From the human T2T-CHM13v2.0 reference genome, Homo sapiens: a stretch of 64,000 bases of DNA. The stretch's first letter is position 1. The number at the start of each line of letters is the position of its first letter. The notes under the pieces are model-generated. The model saw only the letters and a program-made list of their open reading frames with translations, was not told the origin of the DNA and ran no database searches. The stretch lies in assembly GCF_009914755.1 (NCBI RefSeq), contig NC_060933.1. The stretch is one strand, 5' to 3'. This document shows positions 1-14,810 of the stretch, piece by piece. The position numbers were made by a program, and so were the translations under genes.

Positions 1-212
1 ACTGCAGGAGTGTAATCATGGCTCACTGCAACCTCAACCTCCTAGGCTCAAGACATCCTCCCGCCTCAGCCTCCCGAGCAGCTGCCCAGCTAATTTTTGT
101 AATTTTTGCAGAGACAAGGTCTTGCTCTGCTGCCCAGGCTAGTCTCGAATTCCTGGTTTCAAGCGATCCTCCCACCTCTGCCTCCCAAGTCCCTGGGATT
201 ACAGATGTGAAC
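1..212 (-). mobile_element. Alu (AluJ-like), partial, internal deletion
   Basis: gctcactgcaacctc...ctgggattacagatgtga antisense Alu motifs. Confidence 0.9.
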
Positions 213-931
213 AGGAAATGCCCAAGAAAGTGAAAATCTGTCATCTCTATGGGACAGTTTGCATGCTGGGACATCTAAATAGAAATCTTTTTACCTTCAA
301 GGATTAATGAATTAAAAATTGAGCTGTATGGATCCAAAATACAGTGTGTAGGCCTTCGCAGGCAGCCAATAAACAAAGGATTGAGCTTCCTGTGTGTGCT
401 GCGAGCGCAGCCTCCTATCTGTGCCACTAGAGGACAGCACCAGATCAGCAGCTGATGGGTCCACGGCCCCGCTGCTCTAAACTTGACTTTAGATTTTAGC
501 GCAATTGGACCTGCTGTCTTCTGATGGGGAAACCAGAAAGGCAGAGGGATATAGAGAGGAGGAAAGTAGAAGCCAAAAGCAAGGGTATTTCTTGTTTAAA
601 TCAGATAATTTCAGCACTCCTAAGGAGATCAGTCCCACTTAAGGGACCTCAGATTTGATTTGAGTCTCTCATTGAAAACGACAGGCTTAGAACACAGCAA
701 GAGCAGGCGGGTGTCGGCAGGAAGAGAGGTCTGCGATCCACAGAGTGACCGAGGGCTTTAGGAGGTGGTGAGAGATGGCACTAAGAGGTCAGGAGGGATA
801 TGGGAAAGCAAAGGCAAGTAGCGCTGCCACTGTGCACCGCATTTCAGCAGCGTTCAGCGAGAAACTTCTTTGAAGTGTGGCCGAGCTTGCCTGAAAGCAC
901 CGCGGGCGGCCAGGGTGGGCTCTGTACTCAC

Positions 932-1086
<155 letters not shown>

Positions 1087-1640
1087 CTACTCAAAGGAAA
1101 GAGAACCTTGCATCAGGCAAAGGAAAGGAAGCCAACCCATTGGCAATGTCGGTACAAGTCTTGCCCTGGTCTGTGGATTTGGAGAGCTCTCACTAGGCAT
1201 GGGGCGTGGTGGGCACCCTCCCAGGGGCCGCTCACAGCCAAGACACCCACTGCAGCCATGCTGAGTGGAGATGAGGTGGCTGCTTAGCTCCGTGGAGAGA
1301 GCCACCAGCAGCCCAAGACCTGCAGCTTCTGTGCCCAGCCATGTCCTGGGCCAGTTTCGCCAGCATTCAACAACACCCAGTGGTGAATAAAGAGTCACTG
1401 GAGCTTTCATCCTACCAGCAAACTTTACTTCTTCATTAACATATGACTCATTTGAGTATCTGCATAGCCAATGAGGCCATTTAAAAATGGCACACCAAGG
1501 TTTGGGTGGTAGAAACTGGTCCACCTGGTACAGGCAATAAGGAGGCGCCTTGTCTTTAGAGAAGTGAAACACAATAACAACTTATCATCAGTCTGGGATT
1601 TTGTTCTTTCATTTAAAAAAAAAAAAAAAAAAAAAACACT

Positions 1641-1959
<319 letters not shown>

Positions 1960-2104
1960 TTAGAGCAGTTTTAGCTTGCCAGCAAAATTGTAGGGCAAGT
2001 ACAGCGCATTCTCACACAGTCTGCTTTTCATTTTCTTGCATCACTGATACAACTCTTTCCCACTGGGAGCCTCCCTCCCAATGCACTACTCTCCCCACAC
2101 CACT

Positions 2105-2205
2105 GATTATTATATTATCATATTTATTATTACTATGATTATTAAATAATTATTGCTCTATTACTACAGTAATTAAGGCCATTATTACTGTAATTATTAC
2201 TATTA
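2105..2205. repeat. Degenerate (ATT/TTA)n low-complexity tract
   Basis: attattatattatcatatttattattactatgattatt... Confidence 0.7.
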
Positions 2206-3825
2206 CAGCGGTTACCATTTATTGGCTATGTACTATGTGCCAAGGCCTCTACATACATTATCTCATTTAATCAATGGGAGGCTAGCATGAGCCAGAAATC
2301 TTTCCAAACCTCAGAAAATGGAAAAGATAAGGTTGGCCTGCAGCCACAACATTTCCCCGTGTTGGCCCCAGAGACTCAGCATCCTTTCCTTGGCTGCAAG
2401 TTGTAGCAGACAAGTGAATCCTGGCAAGAGAAGCAGGACCCCAGGCTCTTATTCCCCCTCCCATATTTCTGCATCCCACAGCAGTTACATCACCAAGCAG
2501 GGCTGGCTACAGCAGCAGCTGTGAGTCAGCAAACCATCTGCTTGGTAGCTGGGATCTCAAGTGTAGACGGTACCTCCTGAAAAGTCACTTTTATTGTGCG
2601 TTGTTCATCCTTATAATTATCCAACAGCAAGCCAGAGAAAAGGAGGATCTTACACATCCACCTGGCTCATCCTAACCAAGGACTGTGAATGAATCGATGT
2701 GACTTTTCCCCACACCTGTCAGGAAAGTGAATGTAAACTCTTCCTGGAGACTGTAGGACCTTCAGGCAGGTAGGATCTCAAACAAGGTCCAGGCAGGATG
2801 GATTACTGGAAAGTGCGCTGGCCTGGGAATCAGGACCCTGAGTTCTAAACAGTGTAGTTGGGACTTTTAAGGACCCCAACAAGTTACCTGCCTCAGTGTC
2901 CTCATTTGTAAAACGAGCCATGATTTCCAGGGGTACCTGAATTATAAAGTGTTACTTATATGTAAGTAGAATTAGCCTTTACTATTGTAGCAGATGTCTA
3001 ATAAGTATTTCTTGTTTGCAAAAACAGGACACATCAGTAGCCTCTAAACCCTGACTTCTAATCCCACCACTGGCATGCTGCATGTCACGGACCCTATTCT
3101 TGGCTGGCGAGAATGATGGATGGAGAACCTGGACAGTGTTTATCCAGTGTGGTGCAGAACAGCTCTCTCCCATGTCCTCCCCTCCTCTCGCCATGCTCTT
3201 GCTTTCCCAAATAGGTCAGTTGTGCTGAGCTCTACTCTCTCAATGTAAAATGTCTGTTTTCCTCTCTGTCTTCATGGCAGGCCAGGAAATGTCATGAGGG
3301 CAGAACCAATGTCTTATTTGTTCTTATATCCCAGAACCTAGTGCAGTGCCTTCTATTGCAAATAATAGGTGTCTTCTATGGATAGGCGCATTCAGTAAAC
3401 ATCTGTGGTGCATGTAAAATCCACCTACCTAACAAGACAGAAAATTATGACAAAATAAGAGTGAAAGCATACTAGGGTGGGAAGACGGAAGCCCGTGCAG
3501 GTCACAGTGGGAGCACACACGGAGCAGGTCAGGGCCTCCTCTCAGAGGAGGAGATGCTCAGGCAACGCTTGGCCAATCTGTAATTCCAACTTGGGCCCTG
3601 GTGGCCCTCAGCATCCTTGCTTCTTGTGGGCATGCCTCTTTTGCTGCTATGCTAAGTTTCACTGTCAAAATCAGGTTAACGGCTGAGCTTTAGTGCTGCG
3701 ACAATCATCAGGGCTGTAACAAATGCATTTCTATCTCTCCTTCTCACAAACAAAATGTAGGAATGAACTTCAGGGTGAATGAAATGTGAGCGGAAATCAC
3801 TTGTCTCTTTTGAAAATAAACATTA

Positions 3826-4103
<278 letters not shown>

Positions 4104-4108
4104 AAGAA

Positions 4109-4144
<36 letters not shown>

Positions 4145-4229
4145 GAAGGGAAGGGAAGGGAAGCAAAGCAAAGGAAAGGAAGGGAAAAAGAAAGAAAGAA
4201 AAAAGGAAGGAAGGAAAGAAAGAAAGAAA
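4104..4229 (+). repeat. GA-rich compound microsatellite derived from the Alu tail
   Basis: (GA)n, (GGAAG)n, (GAAA)n runs. Confidence 0.9.
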
Positions 4230-4269
4230 CTTATAAAGAGTCAGTGAGTAATGCACCACACTCATTTTC

Positions 4270-4495
4270 ATCTGCTGTGGTGATTTTGGAAGCATGAGAC
4301 AAGATGGCGCCTCCATCACCCAGAGCTCCTAAGTGACTACAATGAACACAGATATGCCCTCACTTGCCATGCTGGATATGTGGCACGAGTGAGCAATCAA
4401 CTCAAAAGTTATCATCCACAAAGTTAAGTAAGCTGAACTTCAGGGGCAGTTGTTAGTGCGGCATGACCTACTGCACAGATCCTGACTGATACACG
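4270..4495 (+). mobile_element. Old MaLR LTR fragment (MLT1I/J-like)
   Basis: gtgactacaatgaacacag...atcctgactgatac terminus. Confidence 0.55.
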
Positions 4496-4834
4496 TTGCC
4501 ATGGATAAACCCAGCCTTTGGCTCTTTTAGTAGAGAGAAAAAGTGGAACCTAGTGAGATATCAAAGAGGAAAGCAAGCTTCTACATGAAAAATGGGGAGT
4601 AGATATAGATATGACCTCTCAGGTCACCGGGAGACCTCACCAGGAGAGGAAGACATATTGTCTGTTTAGCCGGGTGAGGGGAATTTGGAGAATCTGGCTT
4701 GAAAGAAGCAGAGAGCTCAGCCTCTTTGGAAACCCAACAGTAGAACTTGAATTCGGAGCAGACTGCACCTGAGAGGACCAGAAGTACTTCAAGTTCGGAG
4801 GTCACTACCTGGTTAGTTTTCCTACCTGTTAAGA

Positions 4835-5131
4835 TTTTTTTTTTTTTAAAGACATAGTTTCACTCTGTCTCCCACGCTGGAGCACAACGGCGCGATCTCA
4901 GCTCAATGCAATCTCCGCCCCACCGGGTTCAAGCAATTCTCCTGCCTCAGCCTCCCGAGTAGCTGGGATTACAGGCACCCGCCACCACCCCTGGCTAATT
5001 TTTGTGTTTTTAGTACAGACGGGGTTTCAACATGTTGGACAGGCTGATCTTGAACTCCTGACTTCAAGTGATCCACCCACCTCAGCCTCCCAAAGTGCTG
5101 GGATTACAGGCATAAGCCACCACGCCTAGCC
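4835..5131 (-). mobile_element. Alu (AluS-like)
   Basis: poly(T) then antisense Alu ending ccacgcctagcc. Confidence 0.95.
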
Positions 5132-5149
5132 GATTTTTTTTTTTAAAAA

Positions 5150-5650
5150 AAACCTTTTACTGTGAAATAATATAAGACTTGCAAAGATGTGGGGAAAATG
5201 GTACAAAGACTTCTTCTATGCCTTTCAAGATTGGTCAAATGTGAACAATTAACTACTTTGATTTATCATTCATCCTTTCTCCCTCCATGTGTGTGCAAAC
5301 ACACACACACTTCAAACCCATGTGGGCCAACACACACAGTTACATTTTTCTTGAAATGTTTGAGTAAGTTGCAGGCACGATGCCACCTTATCTCTAGAGA
5401 CTTAGTGTGACTTCCTAAAAACAAGGACATCATCGTGCATAATCACAGTATAATGATCAGCATCAGGAAATAGGCGTGGACACAACATTATTATTCATTA
5501 TTAAAAATTACTCATCTTCAGGCCTCATCCAAAGTTTGCCAGTTGTTCCAGGAATGTCCTTTATCTGGTCTGGAGCCCAATGTAGGATCACCTGTTGCAT
5601 ATAGTGATTATATTCCTTTAGTCTCCATTTATCTGGAAAAGTTCTTGGTC
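5150..5650 (-). mobile_element. Old L1 (L1MC/ME-like) 3' UTR fragment
   Basis: ttttactgtgaaataatataagac..., cctaaaaacaaggacat...cataatcacagta motifs. Confidence 0.55.
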
Positions 5651-5920
5651 AGAGAAGTCATTTTTGTCCCTCTGAATGAGAATGGCCCAGCAAGGGTCTG
5701 TTCTTTAGTCAAGACATTATGAGGATGGCTGGTGGAGAGAGTGGCAGCTGAGGCCCCAGAGAACGTTCCAGGGACAAGTATTAGGAAGGACAGGGAGGAA
5801 TGAGGAAGGGAGTACCCTGTTACCTTTATTTAAATACAGTTTTTAATTGGACTATGGAATATGAAATGAATGACTTTCTGTAGATCCTTAACAATGTCTG
5901 TGTATTACAAGAGTGGAGTT

Positions 5921-6205
5921 GGCTGGGTGCAGTGGCTCACGCCTGTTTTCCCACCACTTTGGGAGGCCAAGGTGGGAGGATCGCTTGAGCCTAGGAATTC
6001 AAGTCCAGCTGGGCAACATGGTGAGACCCCATCTCTACAAAAAATACAAAAATTATCTGGGCATGGTAGTTGTGCCTGTAGTTCCAGCTACTCAGGAGGC
6101 TGAGGTGGGAGGATTGCTTGAGCCTGGGAGGTCAAGGCTGCAGCGAGCCAAGATCGTGCCACCGCACTTCGGCCTGAGTGAAAGAGTGAGATACTGTTTC
6201 AAAAA
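5921..6205 (+). mobile_element. Alu (AluJ-like)
   Basis: ggctgggtgcagtggctcac...gaggtcaaggctgcag. Confidence 0.95.
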
Positions 6206-7089
6206 TAATAATAATGATGATGACCCAAAAGAGTGGAGTTTTGTGCATAGTTCTCTCTGGTTTGGCAAGCAGCTCATCCACAGGTGTCTGGGTACTTTGA
6301 TGGGCCTGTTCAAACAACCTCTATGGCACCTGCACTCTGAGCACAAGGGACCCTCATGCGCTGTGGGGAAAGCATTTAAGGCTTGCTTCATCTCAGGGAA
6401 AGAGAGGACAAAGAGTCGGAAGAGGACAAGGGTTAGGGGAGATGTGACTTGGGTGGGGCATGTGCTGAGTCTGAGGTGGCCAGCATCTAAGTGGAGATGT
6501 CTAAAAGGCAGATGGATAAAATGGGTCTGTCTGTGGTTCACGGAGAGTCCTAGGCTAGAGAAACATCATGAGTTGAAATTGCCTAACACATTCATTTAAT
6601 TGAAAAAAATATCACTCTCAAAGGAGTAAATATTATAGGAGCAAACTCAGTGATACAGAAACATGACCAGGCTCTCAAAAGTGAGCTCATATCTGGCTTT
6701 CTCTTTTTCCTTTCTCAAACAAAATCACCATATTCACTGCTCTGACAGGGAAACCTGGAAAACAGATGTCCTCCATGTGTGTTTCATTCAGAAATTCCCA
6801 GGCTAACAGTAAAAGGAGCTGCTGATGAAGTGGCGCCCTGCCGGTTTCACGCAGGGATCCGTGGCTGCCGGTGACAGTCCCTGCCGAGTGTGGTGAGGCC
6901 CTCTGGCTGGGACCCAGAGCCCAGCGGGCAGCCCCGTCTCCACCAGATCCTCCCCACGGGGGTGCTTCCTGCCCTATGAATGCCCCAGGACAGCAGGGCT
7001 CCGAGCTCTCTGTTCAAGACTGACTTTCCCAATTAAGCTAGAGTCCTTGTTCCTTTGTCAGATCATTAAGCATTTTGGTTAAATTTTAT

Positions 7090-7665
<576 letters not shown>

Positions 7666-7699
7666 ATATTTTCGTTAAAATTAATATTTGCTAACGTAT

Positions 7700-8075
7700 T
7701 GATATGGTTTGGCTCTGTGTCCCCACCCAAATGTCATCCTGAATTGTAATTCCCGTAATCCCCACATGTCAAGGGAGGGACCTGGTGGGAGGTGATTGGA
7801 TGATGGGGGCGGTTTCTCCCATGCTGTTCTCGTGATAGTGAGTGAGTTCTCATGAGATGTGATGGTTTCCTAAGTGCTTGACAGTTCCCTCTTCACATGC
7901 TCACACTTTCTGCTGCTGCCTGTGAAGAAGGTGCCTGCTTCCCCTTCTGCCACGGTTGTAAGTTTCCTGAGGCCTCCTCAGCCATGTGGACCTGTGAGTC
8001 AATTAAACCTCTTTCCTTTATAAATTACCCAGTCTCCAGTATGTCTTTATAGCAATGTGAGAACGGACTAATACA
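7700..8075 (+). mobile_element. MaLR solo LTR (THE1D-like)
   Basis: tgatatggtttggctctgtgtccccacccaa...gaacggactaataca; 5-bp flanks cgtat/cttat. Confidence 0.9.
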
Positions 8076-8126
8076 CTTATTATAGATAATAAAAACTTAC
8101 TATTTCAAGTGTCTACTGTGATGTGC

Positions 8127-8342
8127 AAGCTTTGTAAAAATAAGTGAGATTAAGATAAAATATATTATTAAATATGAGAACTCTTTGTAGCATAGTATTT
8201 CCAACTTTTGTAAAAGCACCCCTCTATAAGCTTTGATATCTATAAGCTTTGTAAAAATCAGTGAGATTAAGATAAAATATATTATTAAATATGAGAACTC
8301 TTTGTAGCATAGTATTTCCAACTTCTGTAAAATCACCCCTCT
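8127..8342. repeat. 99-bp direct duplication with an 18-bp junction insert (period 117)
   Basis: 8127-8225 and 8244-8342 differ at 3 positions. Confidence 0.95.
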
Positions 8343-8649
8343 TTAACAACTACAGAATTATACTGTGTTTAATGTGTCCAGAATTACACTATGTGTTCTA
8401 TTAAAAATTATGAAGTAAAATTTCAATATTCCATAACCATCAGCTTTTGAAGCAAAACATGAAATCATAAAGAAAATGCTAGTTAACTATGCCAGAGAAA
8501 GGAGTTTTTCCTATAGAAAATAAACAAGGAACTTCTGCTTCAGGTAAAGGAGGATGACTAGGAAACTTGAATCAACTCTCCCACTAAGGGCAGCTAGAAA
8601 TAGCAAAATATTTTGCAAATATGCTTGAAAGTAGTAGAAAGCTAATGCA

Positions 8650-9080
<431 letters not shown>

Positions 9081-9379
9081 TTAAGCAGCTCTTTTTCCAA
9101 CATCACAGGGCCAGAGTGACAAGGATTGAGGTCTAAGACTCTGCAAGAGCAAAAGGCCCTCATACACCCTTTGGCTCTGTGTTAGGATTCCATAGGGCAG
9201 CCCTGAGGGGTTTGCAACTCAGCTTGGAATCATGACAATCTCAGATATCAAGTACCTCCAGACACCTGGCAGAAGAAAAGGAAACTCCCTTTTGGAGTTT
9301 GGGAGATAACATCTTCCTCATCCTCAAATTATGTTTTCAAATATGTGTCCAGGGCACCACCCAAAATAATCAAGCATAA

Positions 9380-9865
9380 GAAGATGGGACAACTGCAAAG
9401 ACAGATGACAAATAAAAAGATGGCAAAAGATCTGCCATGCAAACACTAACCCTGAGGAAACTGGAGTCTCTCTACTAAGACAAAAGCAGACTTCAAGGTG
9501 AAAAGCATAGCTAGAGCTAGAAGAGAGGGATATTTCAAATGACATAAAGATTTGGAAAAATATAGCAGCTCTAAAGTTTTATGTAGCTATTAACATAGGA
9601 TCAAAATCTATGGAGCAAAATTTCACAGATGGAAGTGGAGAAATGGACAAATCTTCACCATATAGAGATTTGAACATACCTCTCTCACTGATAGTGTAAA
9701 CAAAAAACTCAGGAAAAATATAGACAATTCAAACATTATGATCAGCAAATTTGAATTTACAGATACATTTTGATGCATTCAAAATAACTGTAGAATATAT
9801 ACTTTTTAAAAGCACACCTAGAATATTTATAAAAATACTTTTAAAAGCATATCTAGAATATTTAA
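9380..9865 (+). mobile_element. Degenerate old L1 ORF2 (endonuclease region) fragment
   Basis: aaaagatctgccatgcaaacactaac...gcagacttcaagg...ggagaaatggacaaatc...gatttgaacatacctctctca. Confidence 0.65.
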
Positions 9866-10260
9866 TTACTAAGACTTCACGTAAAAAAATGGATTTCCAG
9901 CTTCTTTTGATCAATTTTCATCTTCTCTAGAAACTCTAAGCTCAGCAGGGACTCACTTCCCCACCTCCTGCACCTGCAAGCTCACTGCACCCACTCTGCA
10001 GACATTTCAATATTAAACACTGGGCTAAAGCCACCTAGACTTCAATCTCCCACACACTCAGAATAGAAGGAAGCTTTTTAAACCCAATTCAAGATTCAAC
10101 AGAAATCTTTATTTCTACTACAATCTTCGTCCTTCTCTTTCCCTTCCTCTTTTCTCCAACAACAAAAATAAATAACAGAATTTACTGGCCACAATAAGTG
10201 TTGGCATGAGGGGCCAAGTTAGTTACTTTATCTTTTCTTACCAGTCAAAACTTCAGTCGG

Positions 10261-10550
10261 GGCTGGGCACTGTAATTAATCCCAGCAATTTGGGAGGCCA
10301 AAGTGAGAGGATCACTTAAAGCCAGAAGTTCGAGACCAGCGTAGGCAAAAAAACAAGACCCACATCTCTAAAAATAAAATAATAAAAATAAATTAGCTGA
10401 GCATGGTGATGCGTGCCTGTAGCCCCAGCTACTCTGGAGGCTGTGGCGGGAGGATCATTTGAACCCAGGTGTTGGAGGCTAGAGTAAGCTATGATTGTGC
10501 TACTGCCCTCCAGCCTGAGCAACAGAGCAAGACCTTGTCTCTGAAAAAAA
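10261..10550 (+). mobile_element. Alu (AluJ-like)
   Basis: ggctgggcac...gcaagaccttgtctc. Confidence 0.9.
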
Positions 10551-10654
10551 CAAACTTCAGTGTGTTTCACTAAAAAGGCTCTTTCCAAAGGCTCCTATGA
10601 TAAAATACTTAAACCCCTGTAGCTACATGAGTGTGAATAATGCAGTTGAGAGAT

Positions 10655-11370
10655 GGTATGTGTGGCCTTGCACCGTGCCGGCTTAGCTGAACCTACTGAC
10701 GTTTCCCAGAATGCCCCACCATGTTTGGTTCTGGGTTAGGGCTGGCCACAGAAGAAATGGAAAGAGACTTGCAAGGCAGAAGGACGCATCCACTTTCCGG
10801 GTCTGAAGGTCAGAGGCCTGCTTCTGCTTAAAAACAGCCCAGCTGATCTTCTGGTCAACCTCACAGGTGCCCTCAGCACATTTAACTCCTGCCTGGATCT
10901 TCTCCTTCAGCTTCTCCACATCATGGGTCAGCTTCTCCACATCCTGGGGCAGGCACATGTACAGATCTGTGGCCAAGGGTGCCAGCTTCTTCCACAAGTT
11001 ACCTGCACTGTCAGGATGGTGACACCTGTGCAGGTTCCACTTCATCCCCCCAGAATCCACTTGGTTTTCGTGGGTTCTGCTTTGTCTTTGCAGGTTCCAG
11101 CCTGCCCTTGCTCTTCCCTGCTTTGCATCCCCGTTTTCTCCTTAACTGCCAGCCTGCTGACCTGTAGCAGCCTCAGGCCCCCTCAGACATGCAGCAGCAA
11201 TAGCCTTCCAGTGTCTTCTTCACAGCTCCAGCAGCCAACACGGTTCAGTCCCCATCATAAGCCCATCATTCCCCAGCACTCTGTGCACCTCAGACTCCCT
11301 GACACACAAGAGCTTCCATTACAGTCCACTCAATCCTATGTACAGACAAAATCCCTGATCACCTTAGGTC
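10655..11370 (+). mobile_element. Ancient ERV LTR (LTR78-like)
   Basis: gcttagctgaacctac...tttcccagaat...ggttagggctggccaca resembles the LTR78 5' end; family from memory. Confidence 0.45.
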
Positions 11371-11990
11371 CAGGGGGAGGTAGCTTAGGGTTCAGTTGGG
11401 GTGCCCTAAATGTCCCACACTCAGCTGGGCACCAGCAGGCAGACTCGTTCACCACTCAGTGCACAGCGTCCTGCCCCTGCTCCATGCCAGATCCAGGGCT
11501 GCCTGCTGGGAATAGAAATAGGCCCTAACCTTGAGGATTTCAGAATTACAGCTATCCTTTTGAGTAGGAATGACAACAGAGCCCCACACGAATGCTGAGC
11601 TCAAAGGAAGGGAAACATTTCAACTGGGGAGGAGTGAAGGGATGAGCCAACTAGTACTTCCCACTAGAGGTGGCCTGATGGCGGGGAAGGAGAAGGGGCT
11701 ACATCTTCCCTTTTCGCTGCCACGAACATGGCTTCCTGCCTGTGCTTGCCAAAGATTGCTCTGTGTATGGAGCGGGGGTACGAGAAAGGGACCAGACCAG
11801 CCTTTGCTACATCGCATTTCACATAACAAGTCTTTCCCTAAGATGCTCTGGAAAGTGCCTAAACCCTCAGTAGAACACAGTCAAGTGAAATTTTCCAAAC
11901 AGCATCTGGTAGCCCAACTCCCTCAACACCCTCCAAACAAGGAATGCGTGTATTCGGCCAGTGGAGCTGCTTCTCAGAGAAGGGTTTTGG

Positions 11991-12305
11991 GGCCCAGCAA
12001 GGTGGCTCATGCCTGTAATCCCAACATGTTAGGAGGTCAAGGCTGAAGGATCATTTGAAGCCAGAAGTCCAAGACCACCCTGGGCCACAAAGTGAGACCT
12101 GTCTCTAAGAAGAAAAAAAAAAAAAAAAAAAAAGAAAGGAAAAGAAAAAAATATTTGCCAGGCATGGTGGTACGCGCCTGTAGTCTCAGCTACTTGGCGA
12201 CTGAGGCAGAAGGATCACTTGAACCTAGGAGTCGGAGGCTGGAGTGAGCTATGATCACACCACTGCACTCCAGCCTGGGCAACAGCGAGACCCCATCTTT
12301 AAAAA
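11991..12305 (+). mobile_element. Alu (AluJ-like) with expanded A-rich linker
   Basis: left arm, ~45-nt A-rich linker (12106-12151), right arm. Confidence 0.9.
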
Positions 12306-13431
12306 ATATATATTTGTTTGGGCCAGTTAATTGTACGTGCCCAGGGGCCATTAAACGTGGTCATGTTATGTGGGAAGATAGAGTTTTCTGTCCCTGTCAC
12401 CATCTTGTTCACTGTCTTGTTCCTTCCCTTCCTCCTCTAGTTGACAGAGTTCTCTTAGTTCTTTAGCACATAAAAATTGTTTTATCACTGACAGTCCAAC
12501 TTAGCAAGAGGAATATCTCTTTTGTCTGTGCCTATCTTCAGAATCTGCGGAGCCTGCTGCTGGGAGGACGACAGGGTTTACTCCCAATTTTCCAGTGACC
12601 AGGGCCCTGCTGGGGAAAAGGCGGGGACTCTGCAGGGAAAGGCAGAGGGCAGAAAACGTGAGTGACCAGAGCGGCAGGGCTCACGGGAGCTCTCAGACCA
12701 AAAGACCCCTCCACAGAGAAGTAACAAATGCTTTGCCCCACCTGTGGGCTTCCTGCAGTGGCACAATCAGCTGTGAGAAATCTCATTCTCTTTCTGGTGT
12801 TGGGTTATTTTCACGGCCCTTCCAGACAAGGAAGCATTACCAAAGGCTTGCAGTAATTCAACAAAACACCAGCAAGGCTTCAATTTAAGAACAGGTTGGT
12901 TTCAGAAACTTACTTGTACACTTGGTTATTGGGAGCTCAAAGTATTTTCCCACTAAGCCAGGATGGCCGCGGGTCCAGTACATCCTATTTTGCTTTCTTC
13001 CTGGGCTCGCGAGTCATGCTGTGTCTCTCAGCCTTCCTGGCAGTGAGGTGGACCCGTGTAACTGAGTTCTGAGTGAGGGAATTCAGGCTGAAGCAATGCA
13101 TGCCATGACTGGGCCTGACCTCCAAAACCTCCCATGCAATCCCCCTCCATCTTTCTTTTCCCATTTCTCAGGTGAGGGAGAGTGAAGGAGAAGGGGTGGG
13201 GGGAGATGCTCAAGGTGATGGGGATCTGGATTTTGAATGACTGTGGAGCAGAGCCCAAGTGCCACACCCCCACCAACTTATACTGGATTGACACGGATGT
13301 GACTACAAAATCAACTTCATTTTGCTAAGCCACTGAGGTTGTGGTACTGGTTGACTGTTTTAACTTTAGTAAATTTTACTTTATACAGCCAAAGAGAGAG
13401 AGATAAATGATGTTAGCATGGGAGGTTCTAG

Positions 13432-13803
<372 letters not shown>

Positions 13804-14079
13804 TCAATGTACAATTTCTGTAAAAGCTACTTATCTGTTATATATCCCTTTCTGCCACCCTACCTCACAGTGACTCTCTCTTCAAGGTCCCGTTTCTCAG
13901 ACCCAAACTACAGTACTGCTTCTTATACATAAACTTTCTAAGACTGCGAGCACTAAGACCTCCTCGTTCCTCTCTTCCCCAATCAAAAAGTGCAGGTACA
14001 CCAGACAGGAGGCTGTTAGCCCTGGAGAGAATTCTATTTCTTTTTCAGTTTCTTTCCTTTATCCAGATCTGAGCCCAGA

Positions 14080-14515
14080 CATGGTATTATTAGAGAGGAC
14101 AGGCTAATGACCCCTGAATTTCAGTGCCTTAACAGCACAGGTGTATTTTACAACCCTTCACAGTCCATTATGAGGTCATAGTAGGGGTGGGGAGGACTCT
14201 CCTCCACAGAGTTATTCAGGGATCCAGGCTCACTCCAGCAAGTGAGTACACCAACTTGAAGGGCCCTGGAGTCCTTCACTAGATTATTTGCACCCAGTCT
14301 GCAGGGGAGGGAAGAGAGCATGGAGCAGTGTTCAGGAAGTCTTATGGGCCAGGTCTGGACATGGTGGACTTTGCCTCTGGACACAGCTCATTGGCCAGAT
14401 TTAGTCACAAGGCTCCCGCTAAGTGCAAGGGAGGCTGGGAAATGTGGTTTTCCCATGTGTTCAGGTGGAAGGTGGAATGGGATTTGGTGAATGGAGAGCA
14501 TGCTGTCTACCACTC
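14080..14515 (-). mobile_element. Old MaLR LTR (MLT1K/J-like)
   Basis: tcagtgccttaacagcac..., cattggccagatttagtcacaagg...aagggaggctgggaaatgtgg. Confidence 0.6.
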
Positions 14516-14596
14516 ACAGAGTCTTGAAATCTCTTTATCTTTTACTACATTGGTTTCTAACATTTGTATGATGCCAGTGTATGCTTTCATGTAGAT

Positions 14597-14810
14597 CAGG
14601 GTAAACTGCAGCTGATGGGCCACATCCAGCAGACTGCCTGTTTTTGCTAATAAAGTTCTATGGGAAGACAGCTATGCCTTGTGATATGATCTGCCTGCTT
14701 TCAAACCTGCAACAGCAGCATCAAGCTGTTGAGACAAAACCAGTATGGTCCACCAAGGCTAAATCACGTACTATCTAGCCATTTACAGAAAATGTTTGCT
14801 GACCCTGCTA
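14597..14810. mobile_element. MER58A-like hAT MITE
   Basis: cagggtaaact...ctgtttttgctaataaagtt...tttacagaaaatgtttgctgaccctg. Confidence 0.7.

Noticed and set aside
893-913. REST/RE1-like motif next to the exon donor
   Set aside because: Too many mismatches to TTCAGCACCACGGACAGCGCC.
5913-6599. 228-aa ORF and other Alu-containing ORFs
   Set aside because: Run through Alu/L2 sequence with non-ATG starts and no recognisable domain.
10923-11528. 201-aa ORF
   Set aside because: Lies largely in a putative ancient LTR; low-complexity Ser/Pro/Leu composition; no homology that I recognise.
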